Source: an uncultured Clostridium sp.
GTDB lineage: Bacteria > Bacillota > Clostridia > TANB77 > CAG-508
NCBI GenBank assembly: GCA_948470875.1
Contig: CAOKQM010000003.1
Location: 5,522 to 69,521 of the forward strand
Direction: 5' to 3'
Length of the DNA: 64,000 nt
Of the stretch, positions 28,015 through 39,174 are shown piece by piece (positions within the stretch are counted from its first letter, which is position 1; each line of letters starts with the position of its first letter). Position numbers and translations under genes: made by a program. The notes beneath the pieces were generated by a model, which searched no databases, was not told where the DNA came from, and saw nothing but the letters and a program-made list of their open reading frames with translations.

Positions 28015-31000
28015 ATGAAAAATAAATTACATGTTGGCCTAGATATTGGCTCTACAACCATTAAAATTAAGATATTAGATGATACTTTAAATCCACTCTA
28101 TTCAAGCTATACAAGACATTTTTCAGATACCAAAAAAACATTATCTGAAGTATTATTGAAATTTATAAAAGATTATCCAGATGCCGAATTTACCATGTCT
28201 CTTACTGGTTCTGGCGCTCTGGAAATTTCGCGTTTATTAAATATTTCTTTTGTTCAAGAAGTCATCGCCTGCAAAAAAGCTGTAGAAAACTTGATTCCAG
28301 AAACAGATGTGGTAATTGAACTTGGTGGAGAAGATGCGAAAATTATTTATTTTGACAAATTTATTGAACAACGTATGAATGGAACTTGTGCTGGCGGAAC
28401 TGGTGCATTTTTAGACCAAATGGCATCTTTGCTAAACACAGATACAGCTGGTTTAAACGAACTTGCCAAAGGCTACAAAACCATTTATCCAATCGCTTCA
28501 CGTTGTGGCGTTTTTGCGAAAACCGACATTCAGCCATTGATTAACGAAGGTGCTGCTAAAGAAGATATTGCTGTTTCGATTTTTCAAGCAGTTGTGAATC
28601 AGACAATTTCAGGCTTAGCTTGCGGTCGACCAATTCGCGGAAAAGTTGCATTTTTAGGTGGTCCACTTAGTTATTTGTCAGAACTTCGCAAACGTTTTAT
28701 TCAGACACTTAATTTAAAAGATGACCAAATTATTATTCCAGAAAATGCTCATTTGTTTGTTGCAACTGGCGCTGCCTTTTCCTCTGTGGAAACTCAAATT
28801 ATTTCAACCAAAACTTTAGAAGCCAATTTGCAAAAATTCGAAACTTCAAATTATACAGAAAGTAAGCCTTTACCACCTTTATTTGAAACCAAACAAGATT
28901 ATGAAGATTTCAAGCAAAGACATAGCAAACATACTGTTAATGAAGTTTCTTTAGAAAATTTTTCTGGCAATTGCTATCTTGGCATTGATGCAGGCTCTAC
29001 AACAACGAAATTAGTGTTAATCAATGAAAATAATGAAATTTTATATTCACTGTATCGTGGCAATAACGGAAATCCACTTACTTCTGTGATTGAAATGTTG
29101 AAACAAATGTATGAGGTTTTGCCAAAAAATGCTAAACTTCGCTTTAGTGGCGTTACTGGTTATGGTGAAAAATTAATTCAAACTGGCTTAAATATTGATT
29201 TGAATGAAATCGAGACCATTGCTCATTACACAGCTGCAAAGGAATTTGAGCCAAATGTATCCGCTATTATCGATATTGGCGGGCAAGATATGAAATACAT
29301 AAAAATCAAAAATGACACAATTGATAATATTATGCTAAATGAAGCTTGCTCTTCTGGTTGTGGCTCCTTTTTAGAAACATTTGCTAAAAGTTTGGGAATT
29401 ACCATCGAAGAATTTGTTGAAGAAGCTTTGAATTCTAAAGCTCCTGTAGATTTGGGTTCACGCTGTACTGTTTTTATGAATTCAAAAATTAAACAAGCAC
29501 AAAAAGAAGGCGCATCTGTTGGAGATATTTCCGCTGGACTTTCCTATTCCATTATCAAAAATGCGATTCAGAAAGTAATGAAAATCAGAGATGTCAATAC
29601 TTTAGGAGAACATATTGTAGTCCAAGGTGGAACTTTTTATAATAACGCTGTGCTTCGTAGTTTTGAAACAATTGTTGGGCGTGAAGTGGTTAGACCTAAT
29701 ATTTCTGGACTAATGGGCGCTTATGGAGTCGCGCTTCTTGCTAAAGAACAATACATGGCAAATTTGGATATGGAATATTCTTCTACCATTTTGAAAGTCG
29801 AAGAATTGGACAAATTGAATATACAAATTACGCACACACGTTGCAATAAATGCGAAAATCATTGTTTGCTTACCATTAATAAATTTGATAATGGCAAAAG
29901 ATTTATTTCTGGAAATCGTTGTGAAAAAGGAAGTGGCGAACTTTCGAAAAATCAAGATTTGCCAAATCTTTATCAATATAAGCATGAACGATTATTTAGC
30001 TATAAGCCTTTGGAAGAAGCAAAAGCAAAACGAGGAACCATTGGAATTCCTAGAGTTTTGAATATGTACGAAGATTATCCATTTTGGTTTACATTTTTGA
30101 CAAATTTGGGATTTCGTGTGCTTATTTCAGAAAAAAGTAATCGAAAAACCTATGAAAAAGGAATGGAATCTATGCCTTCTGAATCGGTTTGTTATCCAGC
30201 AAAGTTGGCACATGGACACATCGAAAGTTTGATTGAACAAGGTATTAAAACCATATTTTATCCATGCATTCCATATTCGAGAAAAGAACATAAAGTGGCA
30301 GATAATCATTATAATTGCCCAATTGTAATTTCGTATTCAGAAGTAATTAAAAACAATGTAGAACAATTAAAAAACGTCAAATATCTAAATCCTTTTTTGC
30401 CAATAGATAACACCAAAAATTTAGTAAAAATCATGTTATCTTTGGACGAATTTAAAGAATACAATTTTAGCAAATCTGAACTAAAAATAGCAGCTGAAAA
30501 AGCTGAAACAGAATATCAAAAATACAAACAAGATGTGCGAAACAAAGGAAACGAAGTTTTGCAATATATGGAAAAAAATGATTTACGTGGTATTGTTTTA
30601 GCAGGACGCCCTTACCATGTTGACCCAGAAATTAATCACGGAATTGATACATTGATTACATCGCTAGGTTTGTGCGTACTTTCTGAAGATAGTATTGAAA
30701 ATCAAGGAGAAATTAAAAAGCCAATTCGTGTAGTCAATCAATGGGTTTATCATTCGCGTTTGTATGCAGCAGCGGATTTTGTTGGAAAACATGATAACTT
30801 GGAAATGATTCAGCTAAATTCGTTTGGCTGCGGTGTTGACGCAGTTACAACTGACCAAGTTGAGGAAATTTTGAAAAGTTATGATAATATGTATACACTT
30901 ATCAAAATTGATGAAATCAACAATTTAGGTGCCATTCGTATTCGTGTTCGTTCTCTTTTGGCAAGTATGAATAAGCGATTAGCCAGTAAAAAATCACCTG

Positions 31001-32337
31001 AAAAATTAGGAAATTATGAAATGGATAAGAAATTCTTCACAAAGGATATGAAAAAACAAGGTTATACCATTTTGTGTCCACAAATGGCTCCGATTCATTT
31101 TGAGCTGATGGAAAGTGCCTTGCAATCTTTAGGCTACAATTTGAAATTGCTAAAAGACTGCACAGAACATACCGTAGAAACTGGCTTAAAATATGTTAAT
31201 AATGACGCTTGCTATCCATCCATTTTAACAACTGGGCAAATGATTGAAGCTCTAGAAAGTGGAAAATACGATGTAAATAAAACAGCACTGATTATGTCTC
31301 AAACAGGTGGCGGATGTCGTGCAACCAATTATATTGGATTTATTCGCAAAGCCTTGAAGGACGCAGGTTATCCAAATATTCCAGTGGTTTCATTTAATAT
31401 CGTGGGAATGGAAAAAGCAAATGGTTTCAAAATTAACGCTAAAATGATTGAAAAAATGTTAAAAGGTGTTTTATATGGAGATTTGCTGCAAAAATTGCTT
31501 TATAAAAATCGCGCTTATGAAATCCACAAAGGAGAAACCCAAGAGAAATTTAACTATTGGATGGAAAAATGCAAAAAATTGGTGGCAAATTCTAGTATGT
31601 CAGAATTTAAAAAAAGCATTTATCAAATTGTGGAAGACTTTGAAAATATTGCACTTGACTTAAATCAAGTAAAACCACGTGTTGGCATTGTTGGTGAAGT
31701 TTTGATTAAATATCATCCTTTTGGAAATAATGATATTGTTGATGTTTTAGAGCAAGAAGGCGCAGAAGTGGTTTCTCCAGATTTTATGGGATTTTTGAAA
31801 TTTATTTGCACACACAAAATTACCAATAATACTTTATTAAATACAGACAAAACAAAATCTGCTATCTTTAAAATTGTGCTAAAATTGATCGCACTTTTTG
31901 AAAAAGATCATGTCAAAGCTTTGCAAAATTCAAAAAAGGATTATTTATTGCCTTGTGATATTTGGGAATTGGAAAATAAAGTAAAAGATATTTTGTCGAT
32001 TGGAAATCAAACTGGAGAAGGTTGGTTTTTGACAGCAGAAATGATAGAATATATTGAACACGGCATTTCAAATATTGTTTGCATTCAGCCATTTGCATGT
32101 TTGCCAAATCATGTGGTTGGAAAAGGTGTTATAAAAACAATTCGTGAAAAATATCCCTATGCCAATATTGCTCCTGTTGATTATGATCCTGGAGCAAGTA
32201 AAACCAATCAAATCAACCGAATTAAATTATTATTAACAGTTGCAAAAGATAATTTGACAGAAAAAAATAATCGAAAAAAAGCAATTGAAATTGAAAATAT
32301 TTCAACTGAAAATAAAATCGAAGAAAAAATAAATTAA
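28015..32337 (+). CDS. fused acyl-CoA dehydratase activase-type protein (2 BcrAD/BadFG ATPase modules plus a CoA-enzyme-activase/DUF2229-like region)
   Basis: About 1440 aa; GLDIGSTTIKI and GIDAGSTTTKLVL actin-like ATPase starts; Cys cluster HTRCNKCENHCLL. The ATG at 28015 behind GAAGGTG is preferred over GTG 28006. Confidence 0.8.
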   Translation: MKNKLHVGLDIGSTTIKIKILDDTLNPLYSSYTRHFSDTKKTLSEVLLKFIKDYPDAEFTMSLTGSGALEISRLLNISFVQEVIACKKAVENLIPETDVVIELGGEDAKIIYFDKFIEQRMNGTCAGGTGAFLDQMASLLNTDTAGLNELAKGYKTIYPIASRCGVFAKTDIQPLINEGAAKEDIAVSIFQAVVNQTISGLACGRPIRGKVAFLGGPLSYLSELRKRFIQTLNLKDDQIIIPENAHLFVATGAAFSSVETQIISTKTLEANLQKFETSNYTESKPLPPLFETKQDYEDFKQRHSKHTVNEVSLENFSGNCYLGIDAGSTTTKLVLINENNEILYSLYRGNNGNPLTSVIEMLKQMYEVLPKNAKLRFSGVTGYGEKLIQTGLNIDLNEIETIAHYTAAKEFEPNVSAIIDIGGQDMKYIKIKNDTIDNIMLNEACSSGCGSFLETFAKSLGITIEEFVEEALNSKAPVDLGSRCTVFMNSKIKQAQKEGASVGDISAGLSYSIIKNAIQKVMKIRDVNTLGEHIVVQGGTFYNNAVLRSFETIVGREVVRPNISGLMGAYGVALLAKEQYMANLDMEYSSTILKVEELDKLNIQITHTRCNKCENHCLLTINKFDNGKRFISGNRCEKGSGELSKNQDLPNLYQYKHERLFSYKPLEEAKAKRGTIGIPRVLNMYEDYPFWFTFLTNLGFRVLISEKSNRKTYEKGMESMPSESVCYPAKLAHGHIESLIEQGIKTIFYPCIPYSRKEHKVADNHYNCPIVISYSEVIKNNVEQLKNVKYLNPFLPIDNTKNLVKIMLSLDEFKEYNFSKSELKIAAEKAETEYQKYKQDVRNKGNEVLQYMEKNDLRGIVLAGRPYHVDPEINHGIDTLITSLGLCVLSEDSIENQGEIKKPIRVVNQWVYHSRLYAAADFVGKHDNLEMIQLNSFGCGVDAVTTDQVEEILKSYDNMYTLIKIDEINNLGAIRIRVRSLLASMNKRLASKKSPEKLGNYEMDKKFFTKDMKKQGYTILCPQMAPIHFELMESALQSLGYNLKLLKDCTEHTVETGLKYVNNDACYPSILTTGQMIEALESGKYDVNKTALIMSQTGGGCRATNYIGFIRKALKDAGYPNIPVVSFNIVGMEKANGFKINAKMIEKMLKGVLYGDLLQKLLYKNRAYEIHKGETQEKFNYWMEKCKKLVANSSMSEFKKSIYQIVEDFENIALDLNQVKPRVGIVGEVLIKYHPFGNNDIVDVLEQEGAEVVSPDFMGFLKFICTHKITNNTLLNTDKTKSAIFKIVLKLIALFEKDHVKALQNSKKDYLLPCDIWELENKVKDILSIGNQTGEGWFLTAEMIEYIEHGISNIVCIQPFACLPNHVVGKGVIKTIREKYPYANIAPVDYDPGASKTNQINRIKLLLTVAKDNLTEKNNRKKAIEIENISTENKIEEKIN

Positions 32338-32582
32338 CAAAAAGAGCTGAAAAAAACTCAAATCCATTGCATGAAAAATTAGAGAAACTCCCTTGAATTT
32401 CTCTAGCTTTTCTTAAATAAGATAGAGTTTTTGGCAGCCCTTTTTTAAATCTTTTGATAAAATATGTTGCAAATATAGAAAATTATGATACAATAAAAAA
32501 ATCAGATAATAAGTAAGTCATAGCAAAAATATTCTTACATATCTTATTATGATTTACTATAAAAAAGAAAGGAGTATTTCAC

Positions 32583-33458
32583 ATGAATAATTTATTAAAT
32601 TTTATTCGAGGATTTTGTATGGCTTTGACTGACAGCGTTCCTGGCGTTTCTGGAGGAACAATTGCATTTTTATTAGGCTTTTATGATAAATTTATTCATT
32701 CTTTGGATAATTTAATTTCAGGAACAAAAGAAACTCGAAAAGAAGCTATCACTTTTCTTATCAAAATAGGCATTGGTTGGGTCGTTGGATTTATCGCTGC
32801 TGTACTTGTTTTGGCTAATATTTTTGAAAAACATATTTACTTCATTAGTTCTTTATTTTTAGGATTTGTCTTATTTTCTATTCCACTTGTTGTGTTAGAA
32901 GAAAAGGAAATCCTAAAAGGAAAATACAAAAATTTGGTTTTTACCCTAATTGGTGCAGCGATTGTTATTCTTATTTCTGTATTTAATCCAGCTGCTGATG
33001 TTAATGTTGCTAGTCTAACTTTTGGTTCTAGTATTTACATTTTTGTGGTTGGCGCAATTGCAATCACAGCAATGGTTTTGCCTGGAATTTCAGGTTCCAC
33101 TTTGTTATTAATCTTTGGATTGTATTTACCGATTATTTCTGCAATCAAAGAATTTCTTCACTTAAACTTTGCCTACTTTCCAGCATTACTTATTTTCGGA
33201 TTAGGCATTTTAACTGGTATTATTGCTGTTATAAAACTAATCAGAATGTGCCTAGAAAAATACAGAACTCAAACCATTTACACCATTATTGGTCTTATGA
33301 TTGGTTCTTTATATTCCATCATTCAAGGCCCAACTACTTTAGATGTTCCACAACCTGCTATGACATTAAAAACATTTCATATTGCGTTTTTTGTACTTGG
33401 CGGTTTAGTGATTTTTGGCCTACAAAAACTAAGAACTTTGACCGAAAATAGAAATTAG
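32583..33458 (+). CDS. DUF368 family membrane protein (undecaprenyl-phosphate translocase-type family)
   Basis: 291 aa; duplicated motif DSVPGVSGGTIAFLLGFY / LPGISGSTLLLIFGLY. Confidence 0.8.
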   Translation: MNNLLNFIRGFCMALTDSVPGVSGGTIAFLLGFYDKFIHSLDNLISGTKETRKEAITFLIKIGIGWVVGFIAAVLVLANIFEKHIYFISSLFLGFVLFSIPLVVLEEKEILKGKYKNLVFTLIGAAIVILISVFNPAADVNVASLTFGSSIYIFVVGAIAITAMVLPGISGSTLLLIFGLYLPIISAIKEFLHLNFAYFPALLIFGLGILTGIIAVIKLIRMCLEKYRTQTIYTIIGLMIGSLYSIIQGPTTLDVPQPAMTLKTFHIAFFVLGGLVIFGLQKLRTLTENRN

Positions 33459-33495
33459 AAAGGACTGCAAAAAAAATTATAACTTCTCCAAAAAG

Positions 33496-33536
33496 AACGA
33501 GAGAAATTAGGAAAGTTTCCTAAAATTTCTCTCGTT
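33496..33536. terminator. bidirectional terminator between the DUF368 gene and clpB
   Basis: AACGAGAGAAATT-loop-AATTTCTCTCGTT. Confidence 0.6.
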
Positions 33537-33566
33537 ATCTATTATTTATTTGTATCTCTTTTTTCT

Positions 33567-36161
33567 CTACTTTTTTACAACTAAGCAATCTTGCTGTTTA
33601 TCTACAACCACTTGAACCACACTTCCATTTGTTATTGTTTGTGCTACAATTTCTTTTGCAATCATAGTTTCAATCTGAGCTTGAATCGTCCTTTTTAAAG
33701 GTCGTGCTCCAAAATTAATATCATAGCCTTTTTCAATTAAAAACTCAATTGCTTCTTTTGAAATTTTAAGTTCAATTCCCTTTTCTAGTAATCTTTTTCT
33801 CAAATCATTTAGTAACAATTTTACAATACCATACACTTCTACTTTTGACAATGCATTAAAATAAATAATTTCATCCAAGCGATTCAAAAATTCTGGTCTA
33901 AAATGATTTTTCAAAGCTTGGTCAACAAGCATTTTTGCCTCTTGCGTAATTTTCTCATGTTCTGAAATACTGTCCAAAATCGCCTGTGACCCCAAATTCG
34001 AAGTTAAAATAATAATAGTATTTTTAAAATCAATTAATCTTCCTTGTGAATCAGTTACCCTGCCATCATCCAGAATTTGCAAGAAAATGTTAAAGACATC
34101 TGGATGCGCTTTTTCAATTTCGTCAAACAACAATACGGAATATGGCTTTCTTCTGACTGCTTCGGTTAATTGCCCACCTTCATCATAACCAACATACCCT
34201 GGAGGCGCGCCAATTAATCTAGTAACACTAAATTTTTCCATATATTCAGACATATCAAATCGTATCATATTTTTTTCATCATCAAATAAGGTTCTCGCTA
34301 AAGTTTTGGCAAGTTCTGTTTTACCAACACCCGTTGGACCCAAAAACAAAAACGACCCAATTGGACGATCTGGATTGGCAATTCCTGCGCGAGAACGCAC
34401 AATCGCATCACTTACCTTTTTGACTGCTTCTTCTTGTCCAATTACACTTTCATGCAAAATATGTTCCAAATTCAAAATTTTTTCTCTTTCACCTTCCACC
34501 AATTTTGTGACTGGAATTCCTGTCCATTTTGCCACAATTTTTGAAATTTCATCTTCTGTTACTTTATTACGCACCAAAGTTGATTTTCCTTGTGACTTCT
34601 CAAATTCTCTTTCTTCTTGCTCTAGGACTTTCTGCAAATTCGGCAAAGTCGAATATTTTAACTCTGCTGCTTTATTTAAATCATACACACGTTCTGCCTG
34701 CTCAATTTGGCTATTTACCTCATCAATTTTACTTTTCAAATCAGTGATTTTTTCAGCACCTTTTTTTTCGGCATCCCATCTTGCCTTCATATTCGTAAAT
34801 TTCTCGCGCAATTTGGTCAATCGATTTCGTACTTTTTGCAAATCTTGATTTGCATCTCCTGCGTCTTCTCTTTGAAGAGCAGCTTCCTCAATTTCATTTT
34901 GCATAATTTTTCGAGATATTTCATCTAGCTCAATTGGCATAGATTCCATTTCAGAACGAATCATAGCACAAGCTTCATCCACCAAATCAATCGCTTTATC
35001 TGGCAAAAATCGGTCTGTGATATAACGATTGGACAATATTACAGCAGAAATTAAGGCTTGGTCTTGAATTTTTACTCCATGAAATATTTCAAATTTTTCT
35101 TGAATGCCACGCAAAATGGTAATCGCATCTTCTACAGTTGGTTCATTTACAATGACTGGTTGAAAACGCCTGGCAAGAGCAGCATCTTTTTCAATATATT
35201 CGCGATATTCATCTAATGTTGTTGCTCCCATACAATGAAGTTCTCCACGCGCAAGCATTGGTTTTAGCAGATTGCTTGCATCCATGGCTCCATCAGATGC
35301 GCCAGCACCAACAATATTGTGAATTTCATCAATGAATAAAATGATATTTCCGTTGCTTTTATCAATTTCATTTAAAACAGCTTTTAGACGTTCTTCAAAT
35401 TCGCCACGATATTTGGCTCCCGCTATCAATGTTCCTAAATCCAATGAAAAAATAGTTTTATTTTTCAAACTTGTTGGTACGTCACCTCTGATAATTCTTT
35501 GTGCTAATCCTTCCACAATCGCAGTTTTTCCAACACCTGGTTCCCCAATCAGAACAGGATTATTTTTGGTTTTACGCGTTAAAATTCGAATGACATTTCG
35601 AATTTCGTCATCACGACCAATGACTGGTTCTAGCTTGTTTTGCCTAGCAAATGCTGTTAAATCTCGCCCGAATTTAGATAAAGCATCATAAGTTTCTTCT
35701 GGCGTGTCTGATGTTACAGATGTGTTTCCTCTGACATCTTTTAGCGCGCTTAAAAATTTGGCTTTTGTAATTCCAAATAATTTGAGCATTTGCTTAAACT
35801 CCTGACTTGCTTCATCAATCATACCAAGCATAATATGTTCTACTGAAATGAATTCATCTTTCATCGATTTTGCTTGTTTTTGAGCATTTTCTAAAGCCTT
35901 TTCGATGTTTTCTGAAAAGCGCAATGCCACACTTCCTATGATTTGTGACAAACGATTAATTCGATTTTGAAGTTCGTCTCTTAAACGATTGATATCAACA
36001 TCCATTTTCTTTAATAGCAAAGTTACTAATCCATCATTTGCAGAAATTAAGCTAGTCAGCATATGAAATTCTGTAATTTCTGCATTTTTATTTCTGATAG
36101 CTATATTGCTTGCAACTGTGATTGCCTGTTTTGATTTTTCTGTAAAATTTGCAACATCCAT
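33567..36161 (-). CDS. clpB: ATP-dependent chaperone ClpB
   Basis: 864 aa; two AAA+ modules (GEPGVGKTAIVEG, GPTGVGKTELAKTL) separated by a long coiled-coil middle domain. Confidence 0.95.
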   Translation of the reverse strand: MDVANFTEKSKQAITVASNIAIRNKNAEITEFHMLTSLISANDGLVTLLLKKMDVDINRLRDELQNRINRLSQIIGSVALRFSENIEKALENAQKQAKSMKDEFISVEHIMLGMIDEASQEFKQMLKLFGITKAKFLSALKDVRGNTSVTSDTPEETYDALSKFGRDLTAFARQNKLEPVIGRDDEIRNVIRILTRKTKNNPVLIGEPGVGKTAIVEGLAQRIIRGDVPTSLKNKTIFSLDLGTLIAGAKYRGEFEERLKAVLNEIDKSNGNIILFIDEIHNIVGAGASDGAMDASNLLKPMLARGELHCMGATTLDEYREYIEKDAALARRFQPVIVNEPTVEDAITILRGIQEKFEIFHGVKIQDQALISAVILSNRYITDRFLPDKAIDLVDEACAMIRSEMESMPIELDEISRKIMQNEIEEAALQREDAGDANQDLQKVRNRLTKLREKFTNMKARWDAEKKGAEKITDLKSKIDEVNSQIEQAERVYDLNKAAELKYSTLPNLQKVLEQEEREFEKSQGKSTLVRNKVTEDEISKIVAKWTGIPVTKLVEGEREKILNLEHILHESVIGQEEAVKKVSDAIVRSRAGIANPDRPIGSFLFLGPTGVGKTELAKTLARTLFDDEKNMIRFDMSEYMEKFSVTRLIGAPPGYVGYDEGGQLTEAVRRKPYSVLLFDEIEKAHPDVFNIFLQILDDGRVTDSQGRLIDFKNTIIILTSNLGSQAILDSISEHEKITQEAKMLVDQALKNHFRPEFLNRLDEIIYFNALSKVEVYGIVKLLLNDLRKRLLEKGIELKISKEAIEFLIEKGYDINFGARPLKRTIQAQIETMIAKEIVAQTITNGSVVQVVVDKQQDCLVVKK

Positions 36162-36305
36162 TTTTCGCCCTCCTTTTTGTTTGTTCTAGTATATCCGATA
36201 AACCTTAAATTTACCATAAATTTCACAATGAAAATCTATTTGATTTTTAAAATTTGAGCAGACACTTTTGGTCTGCTACTACATTTTCTCTTTTTATGAA
36301 ATTAT

Positions 36306-37353
36306 TTATAGAATATGAATTTGTTTATTTCCTTCCACAACTTCCCCAATCAAATATGCTTCTTCTCCGCAATCTTTTAATATTTTCAAAGCTTCGTTCA
36401 CTTGCGCCTCAGGCACAATGATTGCCATTCCAATTCCCATATTAAACGTATTGTACATATCATGTGTTGAAATATTTCCGTTTTTTTTGCATTAATTGGA
36501 AAATCGCTGGAATTTGATATGAATCTGCTTTTATATTCAAAGCAACGCCTTCTTTTAACATACGTGGCATATTTTCATAAAATCCACCACCAGTAATGTG
36601 TGAAATGCCTTTTACATTCACTTTTGAAATAAGCTCCAAAGCTGGTTTTACATAAATTTTTGTTGGCGTAAGCAAACATTCTCCTAAACTCATACCTAGT
36701 TCTTGTTTATAGTTATGTAAAACATTTTCATCTGTTTCTATATGAAACAATTTTCGAACCAAAGAAAAACCATTGGAATGAACGCCACTTGAAGCAATTC
36801 CAATCACTTTGTCTCCGATTTCAATATTTTCACTATTTATCATTTTTTCTTTGTCTACCATTCCAACAGCAAATCCTGCTAAATCGTATTCGCCTTCTGC
36901 ATACAAACCTGGCATTTCTGCGGTTTCACCACCAATTAGGCTACATCCTGCTTGTTTACATCCATTTGCTACACCACTTACAATGTTTGCTACCATTTCA
37001 GGAATGTTTTTCCAAAGTGACATATAGTCCAAGAAAAACAATGGTTTTGCACCACAACATACAATATCATTCACGCACATAGCAACACAATCTTGTCCAA
37101 TTGTGTCATGCTTATTCATTAAAAAAGCTAATTTTAATTTGGTGCCAACACCGTCAGTTCCAGACACTAGAATCGGTTCTTTCATGCCTACTATATTGGG
37201 CGCAAAAAGTCCTCCAAATCCTCCAATATCACCAATTACACCTTCTTGATAAGTACTTTGTATCGATTTTTTCATTAATTCTACTGATTTATAGCCAGCT
37301 GTAACATCAACCCCTGCCTCTTTATAACTTTCGCTAAAACTTTTTTCCATCAA
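36306..37353 (-). pseudogene. purM: phosphoribosylformylglycinamidine cyclo-ligase (AIR synthetase); frame broken by an extra C near the 3' end
   Basis: ORF 36460..37353 ends ...[12 protein letters not shown]. Removing plus-strand G 36479 (AAA-C-GGA) gives ...[60 protein letters not shown]. Confidence 0.9.
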
Positions 37354-37512
37354 AGTTTCCTCCCTTTTTCTAACATATCTGTATTATATTACAATTTTCA
37401 AAAAATAGCAATAAATATTATCAGATTTTGGCAAAGCTCTGTCTTTTATAATCTCACATTTTATATGAATCCTAGTTGGACAAATGAAATATTTTCCTTA
37501 TCATCTGCTATA

Positions 37513-38202
37513 TTAGCGTTTCATTTGTTTTAAAATTTCCTTTTGTGCCAAATCGATTCGGTAAGATTCACGCATTTTTTGAAGGGCTTTATTAAAGGTA
37601 AATTTATCTAAATGATTTTCATTTTTTAAATAGTTCATTGCTTTTTCATTAAATTTTATTCCAATTTCTGCGATACACCACGCGATTGCCATTTTTACAT
37701 AATAGCCTTCGTGTGAAATTTGGTCTAGTTTTTCCAAAACTTCATCAACATACTTTTCCGTTAAATAATAATCTAACATCATAATGACAGCAAAACGCAC
37801 ATCAAATTCTTTTTCTGAATTCAAATATGGCAGGATAAAATTCCAGACTTTATCTAAATCTTTGGGTTTGATTTTAAGCGTTGGACAAAACGTATCGGAA
37901 ATCGCCCAACTATCTATTTTGGGCACAAACTTTTTTGTATATTCTAATTTTTCATCAATTTCGATTTTGGCATAGCCAATCACCAAACCTTGTAACAATA
38001 CTTCTTCAAAACAATTGTCGTCAGCTTTTTTTAAAAACTCTTGCCAGTCGTATTCTTTTACAATTTTTTGTGCTAGTTTGCGAAGAAGCGGAACACGAAT
38101 TCCTAGCATTTTCTTTTTTGTATCGGGACAAAGTTTTTGATTGAATTTGGCGTATTCTTCGTCTACTAAATTTTGCATCTCTTTTCTAATTTGGTTTATC
38201 AT
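37513..38202 (-). CDS. DNA alkylation repair protein (HEAT-like repeat family)
   Basis: 229 aa; GIRVPLLRKLAQKI and WAISDTFCP, typical of this family. Confidence 0.75.
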   Translation of the reverse strand: MINQIRKEMQNLVDEEYAKFNQKLCPDTKKKMLGIRVPLLRKLAQKIVKEYDWQEFLKKADDNCFEEVLLQGLVIGYAKIEIDEKLEYTKKFVPKIDSWAISDTFCPTLKIKPKDLDKVWNFILPYLNSEKEFDVRFAVIMMLDYYLTEKYVDEVLEKLDQISHEGYYVKMAIAWCIAEIGIKFNEKAMNYLKNENHLDKFTFNKALQKMRESYRIDLAQKEILKQMKR

Positions 38203-38297
38203 GTTTGACTCCTTTGTTTTATCGTATCATATTTTGCTTGCCATTTCAATTATTTTGTGTTATAATTCTGTTAACGTTTTGGCAAAGGAGCTTTTTT

Positions 38298-38390
38298 ATG
38301 CTAAAAAAAATTTGTGCTATTGGCACAAACATTGTTTTAACGATAATGTGGTTTATCATCATTAGCGTTATCATTTTACAATTCGTATAA
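38298..38390 (+). CDS. 30-aa hydrophobic peptide (hypothetical)
   Basis: MLKKICAIGTNIVLTIMWFIIISVIILQFV; RBS AAAGGAG; followed by a GC-rich terminator at 38437. Confidence 0.35.
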   Translation: MLKKICAIGTNIVLTIMWFIIISVIILQFV

Positions 38391-38436
38391 AAATCTGAAA
38401 TACTTTGCTGTGATTGCTATACTGTGTATGCTTTTT

Positions 38437-38458
38437 AGGCGCGTTTCGCGCCTTTTTT
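38437..38458 (+). terminator. rho-independent terminator
   Basis: AGGCGCG-TTT-CGCGCCT followed by TTTTTT. Confidence 0.7.
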
Positions 38459-38585
38459 ATTTATTTCTTCTAATTAATAAATTTATATCCAAAGTCGAAA
38501 TAATGGACAAAATAAAAATTACATAAAATACATTAATATCGACAAAATAACTAATTACACTTTTGTAGAAATATTCTTTCCTTTT

Positions 38586-39174
38586 TTACTCCTCAATTTT
38601 CTTTCGCATTTGTTCTAAGCTTTGGTGGTTTTCATTGTAAAATTCGATGACTTTTCCTAAATTAATTTGATGATATTTTCTTCCGCGCCATTCTTCTTTT
38701 AGTTTGTAATAATCCATATTTTCTACTTTTTCATATTGATTTTTATACAAAGGATTATACTCGCTTCGTTCGTGAGCTGGATGCCTTTCATCACTAAAAT
38801 CTCGTTTGATAATTCTATCCCAATTCTCATCAAAGTCTTCTACCATTGCATAAATCGTAATGACATCATATTGATATTTTTCACAAAATTCCTGAAAAAT
38901 ATTTCTCCATTTTACACTAAATGGATATTCAATAATAACATTTTCATCTTTTCGTTTCATACTTTCTTCTAGTAATCTTGTAAAAAATTGATTAGATAAA
39001 TGGTTTAACTGCTTCTTTTGTTGTCTATTTTTAAAACCAATCGTATCTACAATAGCTTCTTTTACTTGGTCTAATGATAGTAAAACTGAATTTTGTATGG
39101 TTTGATTTAAGTATCTTGCTAACGTAGTTTTCCCGTGAGCCTGATATTCCAGTTATAATAATTAATTTATTCAT
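38586..39174 (-). pseudogene. P-loop kinase/ATPase-like protein; Walker A split by an extra C
   Basis: Own translation from ATG 39174: MNKLIIITGISGS, then C-GGG. Removing plus-strand G 39135 gives GISGSGKTTLARYLNQ... running into ORF 38586..38960. Confidence 0.75.

Noticed and set aside
36162-36305. A CtsR operator (tandem GGTCAAA) upstream of clpB.
   Set aside because: The best candidate, GGTAAATTTAAGGTTTA, deviates at several core positions. The stretch also contains the purM terminator, so no confident call is possible.
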